The position numbers were made by a program, and so were the translations under genes. Of a stretch of DNA of 64,000 bases, positions 1-11,904 are shown one piece after another. Location of the stretch: positions 249,929 through 313,928 of the forward strand of contig CBFFSA010000015.1 in assembly GCA_965644495.1 (NCBI GenBank), written 5' to 3'. Source of the DNA: Perkinsela sp. CCAP 1560/9. Its lineage: Eukaryota; Protista; Euglenozoa: Kinetoplastea. A model generated the notes under the pieces. It was not told the origin of the DNA. It saw only the letters and a program-made list of their open reading frames with translations, and ran no database searches. Every line of letters begins with the position of its first letter. The first letter of the stretch is position 1.

Positions 1-831
1 CAGTAACGACACGCCGGAAGAGTGTGTATTTTTATCTCCCTGCCTGAATTCCGACGAGGGAGCCTGACTCTGCGAAATATCTACATCCACAGGCGAGCTG
101 TTTGTCCCAATACTCTTTTGTCCGGACTGACACTCTCCAGTAAAGTTTCCATGTGCCCCATTGTAACATTGTCGTGAATCACTGGCTTGTACAGAAGGTA
201 GATTAGAGGGATTTATAATAAAATTAAAGTTTTTATCGGTCTGACCCTCAGATATTCCTACATCACTAGATTCGCCGTCAAGAAACGACTCTGCGAAATT
301 TTCCTGGTCTCTTGCATTGCTATTGCCTTTTTGTAGTTTGCTTTCCACATTTTTTAACGCGTGTAATCTGCCCAAAGCGTAACGAAGTCTTCGGTAATCC
401 GCTGAGGACGGCAGCCGAGGCATCCAGCCTTGCTCTACATCACTATGCCAGACGCCAAACTCATCTGTTTGAAATGGTTTGTTACTCACAGAATTGAGTT
501 CATACGGCGTGGGCTTCGAAGCGCCCGGGGTGGAAGGAGAAAGAGGAAGGACAAGGTACATTGTTGTTTCAAGGTTGGTGTCCTGAGCAAAGCCACGGTA
601 TATTTTTCCATGAGTCACGCCTAGAATCGGAGCTATGCGATACTCGTCTCCCCCAGTCGGACGCTGTAACAGTACCCGCACATAGAGTCCGGGGAGAATA
701 TCCTCCAACAGCTGTCGTCTGGTCTGGGTAGAGAGGTAAGAAACAATCGCACTGCGCGTTACTTGCAGAGCTCGCACCGTCGGAAGGCGTGAAGCAGAAG
801 CGCTAGTTGCTGGCTCCGTGCGGGAAGGCAT
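1..831 (-). CDS. Plus-3 domain protein (RTF1-like domain); 3' end runs off the window
   Basis: Not in the ORF track because it has no stop in the window. Manual translation from ATG 831 is open to base 1: MPSRTEP...LQVTRSAIVSYL...EDILPGLYVRVLL...YRIAPILGVTHGKIY...TMYLVL...YELNSVSNKPFQTDEFGVW, which matches the Plus-3 pattern. Confidence 0.75.
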   Translation of the reverse strand, partial: MPSRTEPATSASASRLPTVRALQVTRSAIVSYLSTQTRRQLLEDILPGLYVRVLLQRPTGGDEYRIAPILGVTHGKIYRGFAQDTNLETTMYLVLPLSPSTPGASKPTPYELNSVSNKPFQTDEFGVWHSDVEQGWMPRLPSSADYRRLRYALGRLHALKNVESKLQKGNSNARDQENFAESFLDGESSDVGISEGQTDKNFNFIINPSNLPSVQASDSRQCYNGAHGNFTGECQSGQKSIGTNSSPVDVDISQSQAPSSEFRQGDKNTHSSGVSLL

Positions 832-1090
832 TGTAGAGCGTATATGAAGTGTCTGGTAATATTCTAAAAAATTAGGCGGGGGAAGAGGGAGAGTTGGCAT
901 CAAGTTCTTAGTTTTGCCAAGAAGCAAGATCCTTCCCATTTTAAGAATCACGTGCTTCTATAAATAAACGTAATGTAGTGGTTGCATAATTACCATAATT
1001 CATGTAATGTAGCATAAAAAATGCCTATGATATCATATGTAATATATCAATTGAAAAACCCAGATAACGTTTCTGAAGTAAACGACGTTA

Positions 1091-1902
1091 CAGGTTAACA
1101 TGCCGGGGAGGCATGTTATGGTGCTACAGGCATGTTATGGTGTTACAGGCATGTTAAATTTCTGAACCTCCGTTTGAAAGAATAAGGAAAGCAATCGACA
1201 CAAAAATTGGTTTTGACCTCACTGTTAAATTAAACGTTACGAAACTTTGCTTTAGAAATTTTTGCTTTAAACTTTCCAACTTCACTTACTCATGGTTTCA
1301 ATTATTCCTGACCTTGCTCTTCTGAATCCACTCCTGTATAGTACAAACATAGGCTCTTCCATTTGGGTTTGTTGGTACAGTTGGGCTTGGAGAAGTTAAT
1401 GTTGGCGCTATTGCGACTTCTGGGGGAACAAGAGTATGCGATCCCCGGGACAGAGATATGCTCATGGTTTGTGTATCCTAGGCGGGGGAAAGACCCAACG
1501 ATGTCCATCGAACCTAGAGTGTCCATCGAACCTAGGTCGGAGAGCTCTACTATCAGTAGCTCAACATCTTTATCAGCAGCTTCGTCTTCCTCATCATTAT
1601 CCTCTTCTTCCTCTTCCTGCTCGTCTTCCTCTCCCTCGCCCTCCCCCTCTTATTCAGAGAACTCTTTTTCACAGGATTCCTCACGAGTATGGCCCTGATT
1701 CGACAATGAAAAATGAACACAGTATTATTCTGAAGAGAGGGCTAAAAGAAATAAAGGTTAAAGAAACAAGAGGGAAATATAGTGTACCAAAAAAAAGGCT
1801 CGGCTTCGCCGAGAAAATCAGAAGGGGGGCATGTTATAAGACCCCATTTCACGATAACATGCCGGGGGGGGCATGTTATGGTGATATAGGCATGTTAACC
1901 CG
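1091..1902. mobile_element. Non-autonomous TIR element carrying an acidic ORF relic
   Basis: Ends TA|CAGGTTAACATGCC ... GGCATGTTAACCCG|TG, with subterminal GGCATGTTA repeats at both ends. Confidence 0.6.
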
Positions 1903-1912
1903 TGCCCTCGTT

Positions 1913-2845
1913 TATAAACCCCCCACAGCGAATAAGTCACCCCCCTCTTTTTTTTGTACAACGAGGCTTAGGGGGGTTGCGGCACCACTTTTTCGTTCAA
2001 AATTTTGAGATCTGCACGTTCCCGCTGTTTTTAGACCTCTTCACAGATAACAAATTAAAACTCATTTTTTTAATGACGTTTTTACATAGTCATGCCAATA
2101 TTACCCGAAAAATCTCATGTTCCTCGACCAGGGGGGGAGAAGGGGGTCAACATGAAAATGGTGTCACAGATCTTCGCTAGGGGAACGAGATCTCTCGATT
2201 GCAACAAAAATGATCAAAAACAGATAACAAACATGCAATTTGTCACGTGGTGGAATATTTTTCTTTGATTGGTTCTTTCTTGAAACAGTGATAAATTAAC
2301 TTTTTTAAGCTGTCCCCTTTACTTTTTGCTTGAAGGGGCCTAAGGGGGTTAAGATATCATTTTCTCGTTCAAAATTTTGAGATCTACACGTTCCCACCAT
2401 TTTTAGATCATTTTAGAAACTGAAAAAGAAAATTATTTTTAGGTTCTATTGTTTTGCATCGTTATACCACACTAATTTAAGAAAACAAACACTCCGCGGC
2501 CAGGGGGCACAAGTGGGTCAATATTAAAAAAGAGCGGCAAAGATCTTTTCTAGGAGAACGAGATCTCTCGTTCGCAACAAAAATCAGCAAAAACGGACAA
2601 AAATAATTGAATTTCTCATGGGAGGAGAAGATTAATTTTGTTAAAGTGTGAGAAATTGATCTCTTGAAAAATGTGAAGAAAGTGATAATCCATCTATCGG
2701 ATGCACGCATTTGAGAGCCTTGGTTCCATGCTATAACGCGCAAAGTCTTTGTGTTGGGAACAGCAAAATGCAACAAAAATGAGCTCAAACGGACACTTGG
2801 CTGAAAAGTTAGAGGGGGGTGACTTTTCGCTGTGGGGGGTTTATA
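1913..2845. mobile_element. MITE-like element with ~36-bp TIRs and an internal duplication
   Basis: TATAAACCCCCCACAGCGAATAAGTCACCCCCCTCT versus AGAGGGGGGTGACTTTTCGCTGTGGGGGGTTTATA. Internal ~1970-2230 resembles ~2340-2620, and related sequence is inverted at ~15490-15540. Confidence 0.7.
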
Positions 2846-3129
2846 TAAATTCATAGATCGTATATGCTTTACGATTCAAACAATTCGTTATTAACCAAAA
2901 CTTTTCAAGTATATTGAACAAACTATGGTTGACCTAAGGTACACTAAAAACACCCCTATGTACTCACTATTCATGTACTAACGAATGGACTAAGAAAATA
3001 CACGTAAGAACATCGAAAACTTTGAAAGCAGATAAATAAATAAATCCTAATAGAAAAGATATAAACTCACTAATGTTTGCCGTCACATTCAAATAATTCA
3101 ATTGATGAATTACTATCACAAGTTTACAT

Positions 3130-3693
3130 TCACCATTCCAAGTGCAGTAAGGTTTTTGGTAGATCTTCCTTCTTTGCTTCTATTACTAGATTTTGGTTAT
3201 CGACCATAAACAAAGTATTCATATGAGGGGGTAGATTTGATAGACCTACAACCCCACTGAAGCGATTTGCAGACATATGAAGCACTTTTAAAGAGTTCGG
3301 TAACATGCTCAGATTGGGCTGACCAGTAAAAAAATTTCCAGACAAACTGATTGTGTGTAGTTTCTGTGGGAAACTATCCCACAGTACTTCTCCTTCCAAA
3401 GAGTTGATGCCAAGTCTTAACACAGCCAATGTGACAGGTAAATAGCGCCAGTTTACTGTACCATGCAGCTGCTTAAAATGCCATAAAAGAGCATCGATAT
3501 TTCCATTTTTATCACATTGCACACTGTCCCAGTCACAGGCAGGGGTCTCCTCGCTCCACAAAGGGTGCGTACGCGTAATGTTTTTTATAAGAAGACCCAA
3601 ATCGTATTCCTGTGGCCAAGCCACTCCCCGAACTTTGGCAGGACGCCTCACGATTTCCGTACCGTCATCGTGTAAATGAATTGCAGACAACAT
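3130..3693 (-). CDS. Leucine-rich repeat protein
   Basis: CDWDSVQC N-cap followed by LPxxLxxLxLxxNxLxG repeats. Confidence 0.8.
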   Translation of the reverse strand: MLSAIHLHDDGTEIVRRPAKVRGVAWPQEYDLGLLIKNITRTHPLWSEETPACDWDSVQCDKNGNIDALLWHFKQLHGTVNWRYLPVTLAVLRLGINSLEGEVLWDSFPQKLHTISLSGNFFTGQPNLSMLPNSLKVLHMSANRFSGVVGLSNLPPHMNTLFMVDNQNLVIEAKKEDLPKTLLHLEW

Positions 3694-3862
3694 TGAACTA
3701 CTCTATCAAAATTGAAAGTCTATTAGGTATTCTGTCAAGATGCTGAGCAATCCAATCAAAATTGCTCATAACATGTTTAATAACCTTTTAACTTTTTGCA
3801 TTAAAAAAACATAAAACTTTGTCAAGTGGGTCACAGCAATAGTAAGGGCCTTTCACATTTAA

Positions 3863-5335
3863 CTACATAGGAGGTTTCACGCGATCCACGCACCGCCGCA
3901 CTATATCGTTGACATTAGCTATATTCATTACAGGGCACTCTTGAATAACAGATGATTGCATTGCGGAGAACAAATCATCGTTGGCAGCTTCCGACATTGT
4001 GTTAATCCATTCTGTAAGTTCCCACTCACGACGTGTCGTGCTATTGAAGAGCGTTGTTGATCCACTCGCTGCTAGCCCGGTACTGTCTGGGAAGAAATCA
4101 GATCTAAGACACTCTGCGTGTGGGTCACAAGATTCTGAAGTGTTTTTAGTTTCTGCGTCTGTTTTCATTTCAGAAAATTGTTCATTCAAATTCGTAGAAT
4201 TTTCTCTATATTCCTGAAATGTGCGCCGTAGGAGAGATATCCGGTCAACTAAATTGAGACAATGTGGAATATATACAAGAACAGAGTTGCAGATATCAAT
4301 CGGATTAGCATATGATCTATTCTGCAACGCTGCAAATAATTGGGCAGTGCCTAGCAATTCCTCATGAACAGAATTAAATACGATAGGGCTCGTAGAAATG
4401 GATCTCAGGGCAAGACGAACGCCTCGAACCAGTTGATCAAGGTATCGCTTGAGAGCGGTACTTACAAAAACAGAATCATATACAGAAGTAGCCGCGAGCA
4501 TATTTGCTTTAATAGACTCGTCTAATTTTACCTCCCCGTGCGTCGGTGCAATGTTTTCTATACACAAATGCATGCGAAATCTTTTGCGTAGATCAAGATC
4601 AAACTTTGCGTATCCACCCTCCTTCACTAATACAATGATAGCAAATGGAAAAGGCACGCGACGCACGGTGTTTCCAACAGATTCCACAACACCAAAAGCC
4701 ATTAACTCCAAAATGGCTGCATGTGTCTCGGGACGTCCTTTGTCTAAATCGTACAAGACGTACACGCATGGCGGGTTATCGTGAAACCTCGAACCGTCTA
4801 GGAAAAAATCACTTTTTTCATTCCATTCAGGAGCAGATGTTCTTGTCCATCCTTGCCTATGAAACTTCGACCCCGACAAGCGTCCATCCATCACATTCAC
4901 CTCCTTGTCAGTCTTACCGTAATCCGCCAAGTGGTAACGTCTTGAACGCACTGGTCGAGATGGATGTAGATGTGAATTCATATCTTCTCCTTGCAATTCT
5001 ATAGACGGCTTGCGGTCACGGTTAGACGAATTACGTAAACTATATGGAGTGTCGAGTAAAAGTGCAGAGAGATCCGCGCGTGTCATGTGCGGGTATACCC
5101 CTATAGGTTCAATGAAATGATTTGGCAAATTGATTTTTAGGAAATTCGTCACACTTAGTGCTGCAGAAGGTAAATCCTTGCGCTTTTCATAACTTGAGTG
5201 TGATTTAACCATGTTTTCGTCGTGTGAACCCTCCTGAGGACGCACAGTAACAAATACGTGTTGTAACAAACCCGAAGCGCAACACAAAAGTTGGCCATCT
5301 GACAGATCATTCATGCTTGCTGTCTTGATCACCAT
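3863..5335 (-). CDS. Degenerate MoxR/Mg-chelatase-like AAA+ protein
   Basis: VYVLYDLDK...AILELM...VPFPFAIIV...LRKRF and a lid-like segment VFVS...YLDQLVRGVR...AQLFAALQNRSYANPIDI. No canonical Walker A is visible. Confidence 0.5.
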   Translation of the reverse strand: MVIKTASMNDLSDGQLLCCASGLLQHVFVTVRPQEGSHDENMVKSHSSYEKRKDLPSAALSVTNFLKINLPNHFIEPIGVYPHMTRADLSALLLDTPYSLRNSSNRDRKPSIELQGEDMNSHLHPSRPVRSRRYHLADYGKTDKEVNVMDGRLSGSKFHRQGWTRTSAPEWNEKSDFFLDGSRFHDNPPCVYVLYDLDKGRPETHAAILELMAFGVVESVGNTVRRVPFPFAIIVLVKEGGYAKFDLDLRKRFRMHLCIENIAPTHGEVKLDESIKANMLAATSVYDSVFVSTALKRYLDQLVRGVRLALRSISTSPIVFNSVHEELLGTAQLFAALQNRSYANPIDICNSVLVYIPHCLNLVDRISLLRRTFQEYRENSTNLNEQFSEMKTDAETKNTSESCDPHAECLRSDFFPDSTGLAASGSTTLFNSTTRREWELTEWINTMSEAANDDLFSAMQSSVIQECPVMNIANVNDIVRRCVDRVKPPM

Positions 5336-5739
5336 ACCCTTGTAGCATGCAAAAGTGTAGCTTTCGTATCCGTTATTTTTTTCAGAAACAAAGAGAGTAG
5401 CAACGTCGACATTAAATAGACTTACAAAACCCGGGGAACGGTATATTATTCAAATCGGAATTTGGATAATATAGTATTATTTGGATAATACAGTGTTATG
5501 CGGCTCCATTTGAATAATATAGCGTTATTTGAATAATATTATATTATAAGTATGTATATTATACATAACCATGTGTATGTATACATAACCTGGAGGTGAC
5601 CTGTAGTGACCTCACTACATACATGTATGTAGTGAGTCACTACATTCAGTACATTTGGGTCACTACACTCACTACACTTTCACCACCATACGTTTTGGCT
5701 TTCACGTACCTCCTTGAATGCTCGATAAAAATTATAGTA

Positions 5740-6047
5740 CTGTGACCCCCCCCTTTATACTTCGCCCATTTTGAGCAGTAACGAAGTATAAAGGGGGGGT
5801 CTGATTTTTTTCCCCGCTGTAAAAAAAAAAAACGCGCCGCTTCGCGGCGCGGCTCATCCCGTTTTCCTGTCTTTCCTTTTATGTACATAACATATAACAT
5901 GTATATCACCTTCCATTTCTAGAAGGGAAGACTCAGAACGTTCTTGTTTTTTCCTAAACATTTTTGAAAAATTACGAAAATAAATAAAAATCGCCCCCCC
6001 TTCGGGGGGGGGCACACAGAAAACGAAGTATAAAAGGGGGGTCACAG
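5740..6047. mobile_element. TA-flanked MITE (CTGTG-terminal family)
   Basis: TA|CTGTGACCCCCCCCTTTATACTTCG ... CGAAGTATAAAAGGGGGGTCACAG|TA. Confidence 0.8.
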
Positions 6048-6102
6048 TACTATAAAAACGAGAAAAGAAAGGCACCACAAAGCCCCCTTTACCCACGCCG
6101 CC

Positions 6103-6440
6103 CTACTCCCCTGAGGCCACTCTCAGCATCTGAGCGTTGCCGCGTTGGATGGCGACGCCAGTGGCCATAATCATGTGCTCTGTAGAGCCTTTTGGGTTGG
6201 AAGTTTGCCGGCCCAAGTTCCGCAAAAGGGAATGTGTCGCGTTCCCCGGGATTCCGAAGACCGTGAAGGCTAGCGGGTAGAGGACCACCCCTCTCTCGTT
6301 TGCCATCTCTCCATTTTTTTTAAGCTTCTCGGCTTCCGCTTTGGCGAGTGTGCAGCCTGGATTTTTGTTTTCGGCCTCCACATACGATGCGGCCAGGGGA
6401 TTCACCACGGTAACGTCGATAAGAACGAGCTGACGTAGGA
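6103..6440 (-). mobile_element. 5'-truncated non-LTR retrotransposon, CRE/SLACS-like RLE C-terminus
   Basis: IDVTVVNPLAASY...AEAEKLKK...YPLAFTVFGIPG...GVAIQRGNAQML matches the CRE-clade endonuclease tail. Confidence 0.75.
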
Positions 6441-7334
6441 GGTAGCTGATTTGGTAGGTAGGAGGTAGCGGAGTCGGAGGGCAGTCTGTCATTCCGGTTC
6501 GGACATCATGTATTCTTTTTTTTTTTTTAACAATAATAATAAAAAGAAGCAATTTATGCCCAATTCAATCGCGCGTTCCGGACCGGGTCTTTCGACCACT
6601 CCTCGGCCTGACTTGTAAGTCTTTTTTTTTTTTTTGCGGTGTATTCCGATCGATTGGGAAGTGCTTGGAGCCAGTACCGGGAGTAGATGTTGTTGACTTG
6701 CAACAGACCCTTTTTGCAAAGCAAAGTTATTAGTAATAACTTGGACTAGTAAACCTAGCTTGGACTAGTAAACTAGTAATTACTAAAAGTAGTAAACAAG
6801 CTAGTAATTACTAAAGTTACTACTTTTTTGGTCACGTACTTTTGGTCAGATTTAGGTAACATGTTAAGCTTTGGAAGAGCTCTACTTTACAGAAACGGTA
6901 TCTTTATCGTTGTGGAGAATGAATATCACCATCCTCCATTCATCTGAATATCTCAATACTATTCTCAACATTAATATCTAAATATTAATGTGTACTACAA
7001 AACATACTCCAAAACGTACGCTCGGATAAATAAACTGATAACAATTTTTAAACTTAGTCATTCTGTTCACGTGGGGGAAAACAAAGCGATTGAATAAAGC
7101 CCACGAAAAAAATTCACATGAAAACAGAAGCAAAACTCGTAAGCACAATCGAACACATAATTTAATTTTCTCCAGCTCCGAAAATGACATGCTCGCCCAA
7201 GTTCAAAGTCCGTCCTGCATATCTCGCACAATGATGCAAAAAGAAAAAATGATGATAATTCAAAATCGAGGGTTCGCCCAAGTTCGAAATCCTTCGTACA
7301 GTTCACGCACAATAGAGTAATGCAAATAAGAGTT

Positions 7335-7915
7335 CTACAAAACCCGTAAATTACTTCGAAGAAACATCTGCGTTGACACAACGTCAGTACCAATAGAAGC
7401 TTGGCGAGCTGAGTACTTGTGACCTAATATGGAGAGTATAGAGTCACAGGCCGTCACCAAAGGCGGAACAAAGAGATAACCCATGGCAGCTTCATATATC
7501 GTCGGAAAGAGTTCTCGACCGACCATATCCCACCATGCTTCATCACTAGTTCCTGCGGCATACTGGAAATCTTGACAGGAAATAAACGAATGCCATGCAG
7601 CTGGGCTGATCGAAAACATCGGATACCCGCTTTGAAACAAGTCATTCGCTCGATCGGCGGAAATCGGAGCCTTACCGCTAGGACGAGCAACAAGGGTAAT
7701 CCATTCGGGAGAAAACCACATAACATTCCCCCAAAACTTCATGAAATGGGTGTCGGATAGCCTAGCAACATGACGGGCAATAGACCTGGTCAGCTTTGAT
7801 GGTGCACTGGGCTCAGCAGAGTAGTCAAGCAGTCGCACACACATCGGATATACTAGAGTTGCCATTGCTCGGTCACACATGTCAGACAACTGACTGAGTG
7901 CTTTATGCAGCACAA
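7335..7915 (-). pseudogene. hAT transposase C-terminal (dimerisation domain) remnant
   Basis: WWDMVGRELFPTIYEAAMGYLFVPPLVTACDSILSILG...QMFLRSNL fits the hAT dimerisation pattern. The 5' part is replaced by repeat family A at ~7920. Confidence 0.7.
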
Positions 7916-7919
7916 TGCA

Positions 7920-8315
7920 GTACAATAGGGGAAACGATTTTGGAAAATATTTTTTTTGCCATTTTTTTCGCCAAGTTGAATTTTCTTTCGAAAAAATCCG
8001 GACTTGGCGGACCCGTCCTGCGGATACGAGGCGGGGTCACCCCCGGGTAGGGGGGTGGAAAATGCGCGCCAAGACCCCGGCTACCCCTTCTGCGGGTTTG
8101 TTTCGAAAAAATAAATTTCAAAAAAATTTCGTGCGGTATGCTCCCCCCCTAGACCCCCCATTTTTTTCAATTATTTCAATTTTGGACCACCGGAGCCCCC
8201 TTTTATAATTTTTTCTTCTATTATATTACTGTGTTCCTCTTTATATTTTCACTGTTTTTGTTCACTTTTTTTCATTAATCGAGGGTAGAGCGGTAGTTTT
8301 ACAACCACCGTAATT
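7920..8315 (+). repeat. Dispersed repeat family A, copy 1
   Basis: GGACTTGGCGGACCCGTCCTGCGGATACG...GGTCACCCCCGGG...GGACCACCGGAGCCCCCTTTTATA recurs at ~35930-36227 plus 37582-37675 and at 38447-38770. An inverted end fragment lies at ~25375-25430. Confidence 0.85.
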
Positions 8316-8967
8316 ATACCTCCTAGGTATAATAACCTGGACGGTGGTTTATACTGAAAGTTCTTAACCAATATTGAATATTGGTTAAATAAATAATGAG
8401 AATATTATTCTCATTTTATTCCTTTGCCCACTAAATGCATTTTACTTATCTTAAGAACCCAATTACAGTGTTATATTTAATTACGGTATTATTTAATTAC
8501 GCTTTTAAGGTTATTTTTGGCTAAAATTAATCATAATTAAATTAACCGTAATATAAGCCACTCGGAAATTAATAATTTTTGAACACACTTTTTGAGTAAC
8601 TTTTAAGCACCCAAGCCATTGGATTCGTCTGTGATCATTTTATAAAGGTTTTCGTATGAAAGTGAGGCCGATGGTGATAGACATGAAAGAAAAGTATTTT
8701 TTTTCGGGGCTAAAAATAATCTTAATTAAAAATAACCGTAATTAAAAATAGCCGTAATATAATCCACTCGTATTTGAATACTTCACTGTAACGTGAAGAC
8801 TTACTTTCTATATGGACTAACATTTCATTTTGGACTGATGAATGGGAGTTGTCCGCGTCCTCCCGATCGCCAGTTCCCTATCGCCAAGTTTGATAGACAT
8901 TGCGACTCAATAGGTCTGCTAAGTTTTCTTTTGCGCTTCGCGTTCCGGTATCACGTGTATATTGTAA

Positions 8968-9957
8968 TAAAGGGGGGGTTCGTCTATTATTAACAAACTT
9001 TTTTGTTAATAATAGACGGTTTGTTAATAATACACTGCCGACTAATATTATTGAGTTTTTAATTATTGGCGAAGCTCTGCAACTTTTAATTAAAAAATCA
9101 TTAATTTTTGTGCCAGTAATTTTCGTAGAAATTTGTACTTATCGACAAACAATAGAAGTTGTTAGTAGAGGGGCGGAAAACCCCAAAATTAGGTCAAAAG
9201 GGTTTTTTTTCTCCCAAAAAGATTCAAGAATTTTTACGGGGAAGAAAGTTGCTTTTTACCAAAAAATTACTATCCTTAGGAAGTACAATAGGTGTCCCTA
9301 GGTATAGCCCGGACGGTGGTTTGCATCTCTCTAATCTTGTCAAATGCGTTGCGAAGGGAAGGTTATTAAGAGGTCATTAAGTGAGGGGATGCGGGTGTGA
9401 TCTCGCATGATCTCACGACCGGGTGCTGACATAAAGCCAATCTCGCTCCTCCTGCGTCAAATCCTCTCATAAAATTTGAATTTTTGTGTAACATCTATGG
9501 CACTCTTCTCTAATATCTTGGTTGCCAAGATCAGACCTCATGAGAAATTCAAAAATTGACCAAAAAGATAAAAAAAATGTTTCTCGCCAAAAATTGACAA
9601 CTTTTAATTAAAAAAACAATAATTTTTGTGCCATGAATTTTAGCGATAATAATTTTGGGCTTGGGTGTAGATGAAATAATACCCCCTTTTTCAATAATAG
9701 ATGAACTTTTCATCTATTATTAACAATCGACCTTTTCGGCTTATTTTCGGCTTGTTTCCTACCCTTGCCCCCAAGAATAACCCCACTTTTACGAAAAAAA
9801 GCTCCATGAAAGTTAGGTTTAGCGGATTTTCCTTTAGGGAAGCTGAGAAAAATGAAGAAAATTAATTCTTGTTAATAATAGATGAATGTTAATAATAGAT
9901 GAAATAATACCATTTTTAATAATAGATGGTTGTTAATAATAGACGAACCCCCCTTTA
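8968..9957. mobile_element. Nested MITE
   Basis: TAAAGGGGGGGTTCGTCTATTATTAACAA ... TTGTTAATAATAGACGAACCCCCCTTTA, with many subterminal TTAATAATAGA motifs. Confidence 0.75.
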
Positions 9958-10527
9958 GGCAAAATCGTTTAATATTCTTGCAAGCACTTCGGATATATGC
10001 GCTGATTCAGACCACTGTTTTCTAATCGCGTATTCGACGCTGGTATTATCTATCATAAGTCGGATGATGCTTCATGTTCGCCAAAAGGTTGAAAAGGATG
10101 AAATCGCGCGTTCCACCTCCAGGGTCTCCGCTTTGTTAATCTCGATCTCTGTCTCCCACTGGGCTCCGGTAGCGTAAACCTACCGCGCGTTCGAATCATC
10201 CGCAAAAGAAGCGATTAAAAGACACAGGAGAGGAAGATACCAAAGTGTCAACAGGCGAAGAACTCAAGGAAAGCCGTCAGAAGACTGCGATAACCAACAA
10301 GACAACAAAGGTATTGTTAAGTTCACGACCAAATAAGGGCAATAAGAAAGTAAACGTAACAAAAACATGAAACGTGACCTCTTTCATGTGCTAACGTGAT
10401 TTACATAGGGGGTGCAGTTTAGTTCCAATATTTTCTTTGTATCGTTGCAAGATTCAGAATCAAGATGTGAATTAACCCGTTTGCTGTCGTGCTCACATCG
10501 GTAAATGCTAATTTGAGTATTATAGTG

Positions 10528-10606
10528 TTAAACCCTGTTCCGGGTTAATGTGCCTATAGCTACTTATTGTGCCGGGGTGGACACAATAACCCGGAACACG
10601 GTTTAA
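10528..10606. repeat. Small TTAA-flanked hairpin element
   Basis: TTAAACCCTGTTCCGGGTTAATGTG ... CACAATAACCCGGAACACGGTTTAA. Confidence 0.5.
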
Positions 10607-10740
10607 TTTGAATAATGTAGCTCCGTGGGTAGCGAAAAATGTGGTTCCGGTGGATGATAACGCAAAAGTTTGTCTAAAATCCGGTCCACCATGGCAAGAA
10701 TTGGCGATTTGAATATTAAACCACCGTCCGGGTTATTATA

Positions 10741-11316
10741 CAGGGGGGATCAGCTAAATCTGGGGGGGGTCTTAAATTTGTAAAAGCTGGCCAATTTTGG
10801 AAAGTAATACTGCATTCGATAACTCTCGAATAGCCCTCTTGGGGAACCTATGACGTTTCCCGTGCTTTTACGCACATCACTTTTAGATAAAAATTACGTT
10901 TCTTCGGGGTGCAAAATTTGTATTTTTTCACATTTTTTTACTTTTTTGCCTGTTTTTTCCCATTTTTGGAGCATTCATACCACAAAGACTGGTGCACTCA
11001 CATTCTTCTCGAAGGAAATTCTCGGAGAGCCGTTTCTTACCCTCAGATAAAACAAAACTAACGCATATAATGTTGTTCGTTCAAGATTTGTCATTTCACC
11101 TTTTTGCAATTTTCTAGAAAAAATTGCAATTGACTTTTTTGAACCACCTGTCATTTTACAAAAATGTTATCTATGCGGGAAACGACATAGATTCCACAAG
11201 ACTTGTAGATTCCACAAGAGGGCTATTCGAGAGCTCTCGAATGCGCTATTATTTTCCAAAATTGACCACTTTTTACAAATTTTAGACCCCCCCCCAGATT
11301 TAGCTGATCCCCCCTG
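10741..11316. mobile_element. Tc1/mariner-type MITE with ~110-bp TIRs
   Basis: TA|CAGGGGGGATCAGCTAAATCTGGG ... CCCAGATTTAGCTGATCCCCCCTG|TA. A diverged second right end lies at ~11765-11854. Confidence 0.8.
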
Positions 11317-11904
11317 TACATTGGAAGGCGTGCGCGAGCGGAGGGGACTTCGTTTTCTGGGGCTTCAGGGGTAAAAGAATATGAAATGCCACAAATATTA
11401 AAAGTTTCGTGGTTATCATACCCTAACTGATCAAATCTCTTGACTATGTCAACCTGATTTCCTGGTGAGTTTCCCTCATCCAATGGAACATTGAAAATTA
11501 CGCGCGGTGAGGGGAAAAGATTGCGTTGCTTCGTAATCGGCAATAAAAAGCATGCGCCAGATTACGTTTACGTGTCCAGGCGAATATGCTCTTTCAGAGT
11601 GTTTATCGGGCGATCGTCCTCGATCCCGTTTTGTGGCACAAATCAGGGGAGAAATCAGAAAAACTGTGAAAACTGCAAAGTTTTTTCTATCAAAAAACAA
11701 AGTTTTTGATGTGCTTTCAAAAATCCAATTAACGCGGATTCCATGAATGCACGTTCATGAGCCTGTCCGAGAGCTCTCGAATGCGCTATAACTTTCCAAT
11801 TTTGGACCGGTTTTACAAATTTTAGACCCCCGCACATCCAAATTTACACCCCTGTAAGTTCTGCACCTGTCTCTGATGCAGTAGGGGGGGGGGGCACAAT
11901 TTTA

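Larger units (their letters stand above)
8322..11326. mobile_element. Outer TIR element containing nested MITEs
   Basis: Left end CCTAGGTATAATAACCTGGACGGTGGTTT; right end AAACCACCGTCCGGGTTATTATA[insert]TACATTGG. A further left-end copy lies at ~9297. Confidence 0.55.

Noticed and set aside
1540-1700. In-frame TAA inside a Glu-rich run (SE*EGEGEGEEDE) suggesting stop-codon reassignment
   Set aside because: Conserved genes in the window have no internal stops and end normally (EEVD-TAA). A GAA>TAA change in decayed element cargo is simpler.
11056-11080. AACTAACGCATATAAT resembling a spliced-leader 5' end
   Set aside because: Lacks the ACAGTTTCTGTAC..TTG/GT core and lies inside a MITE.
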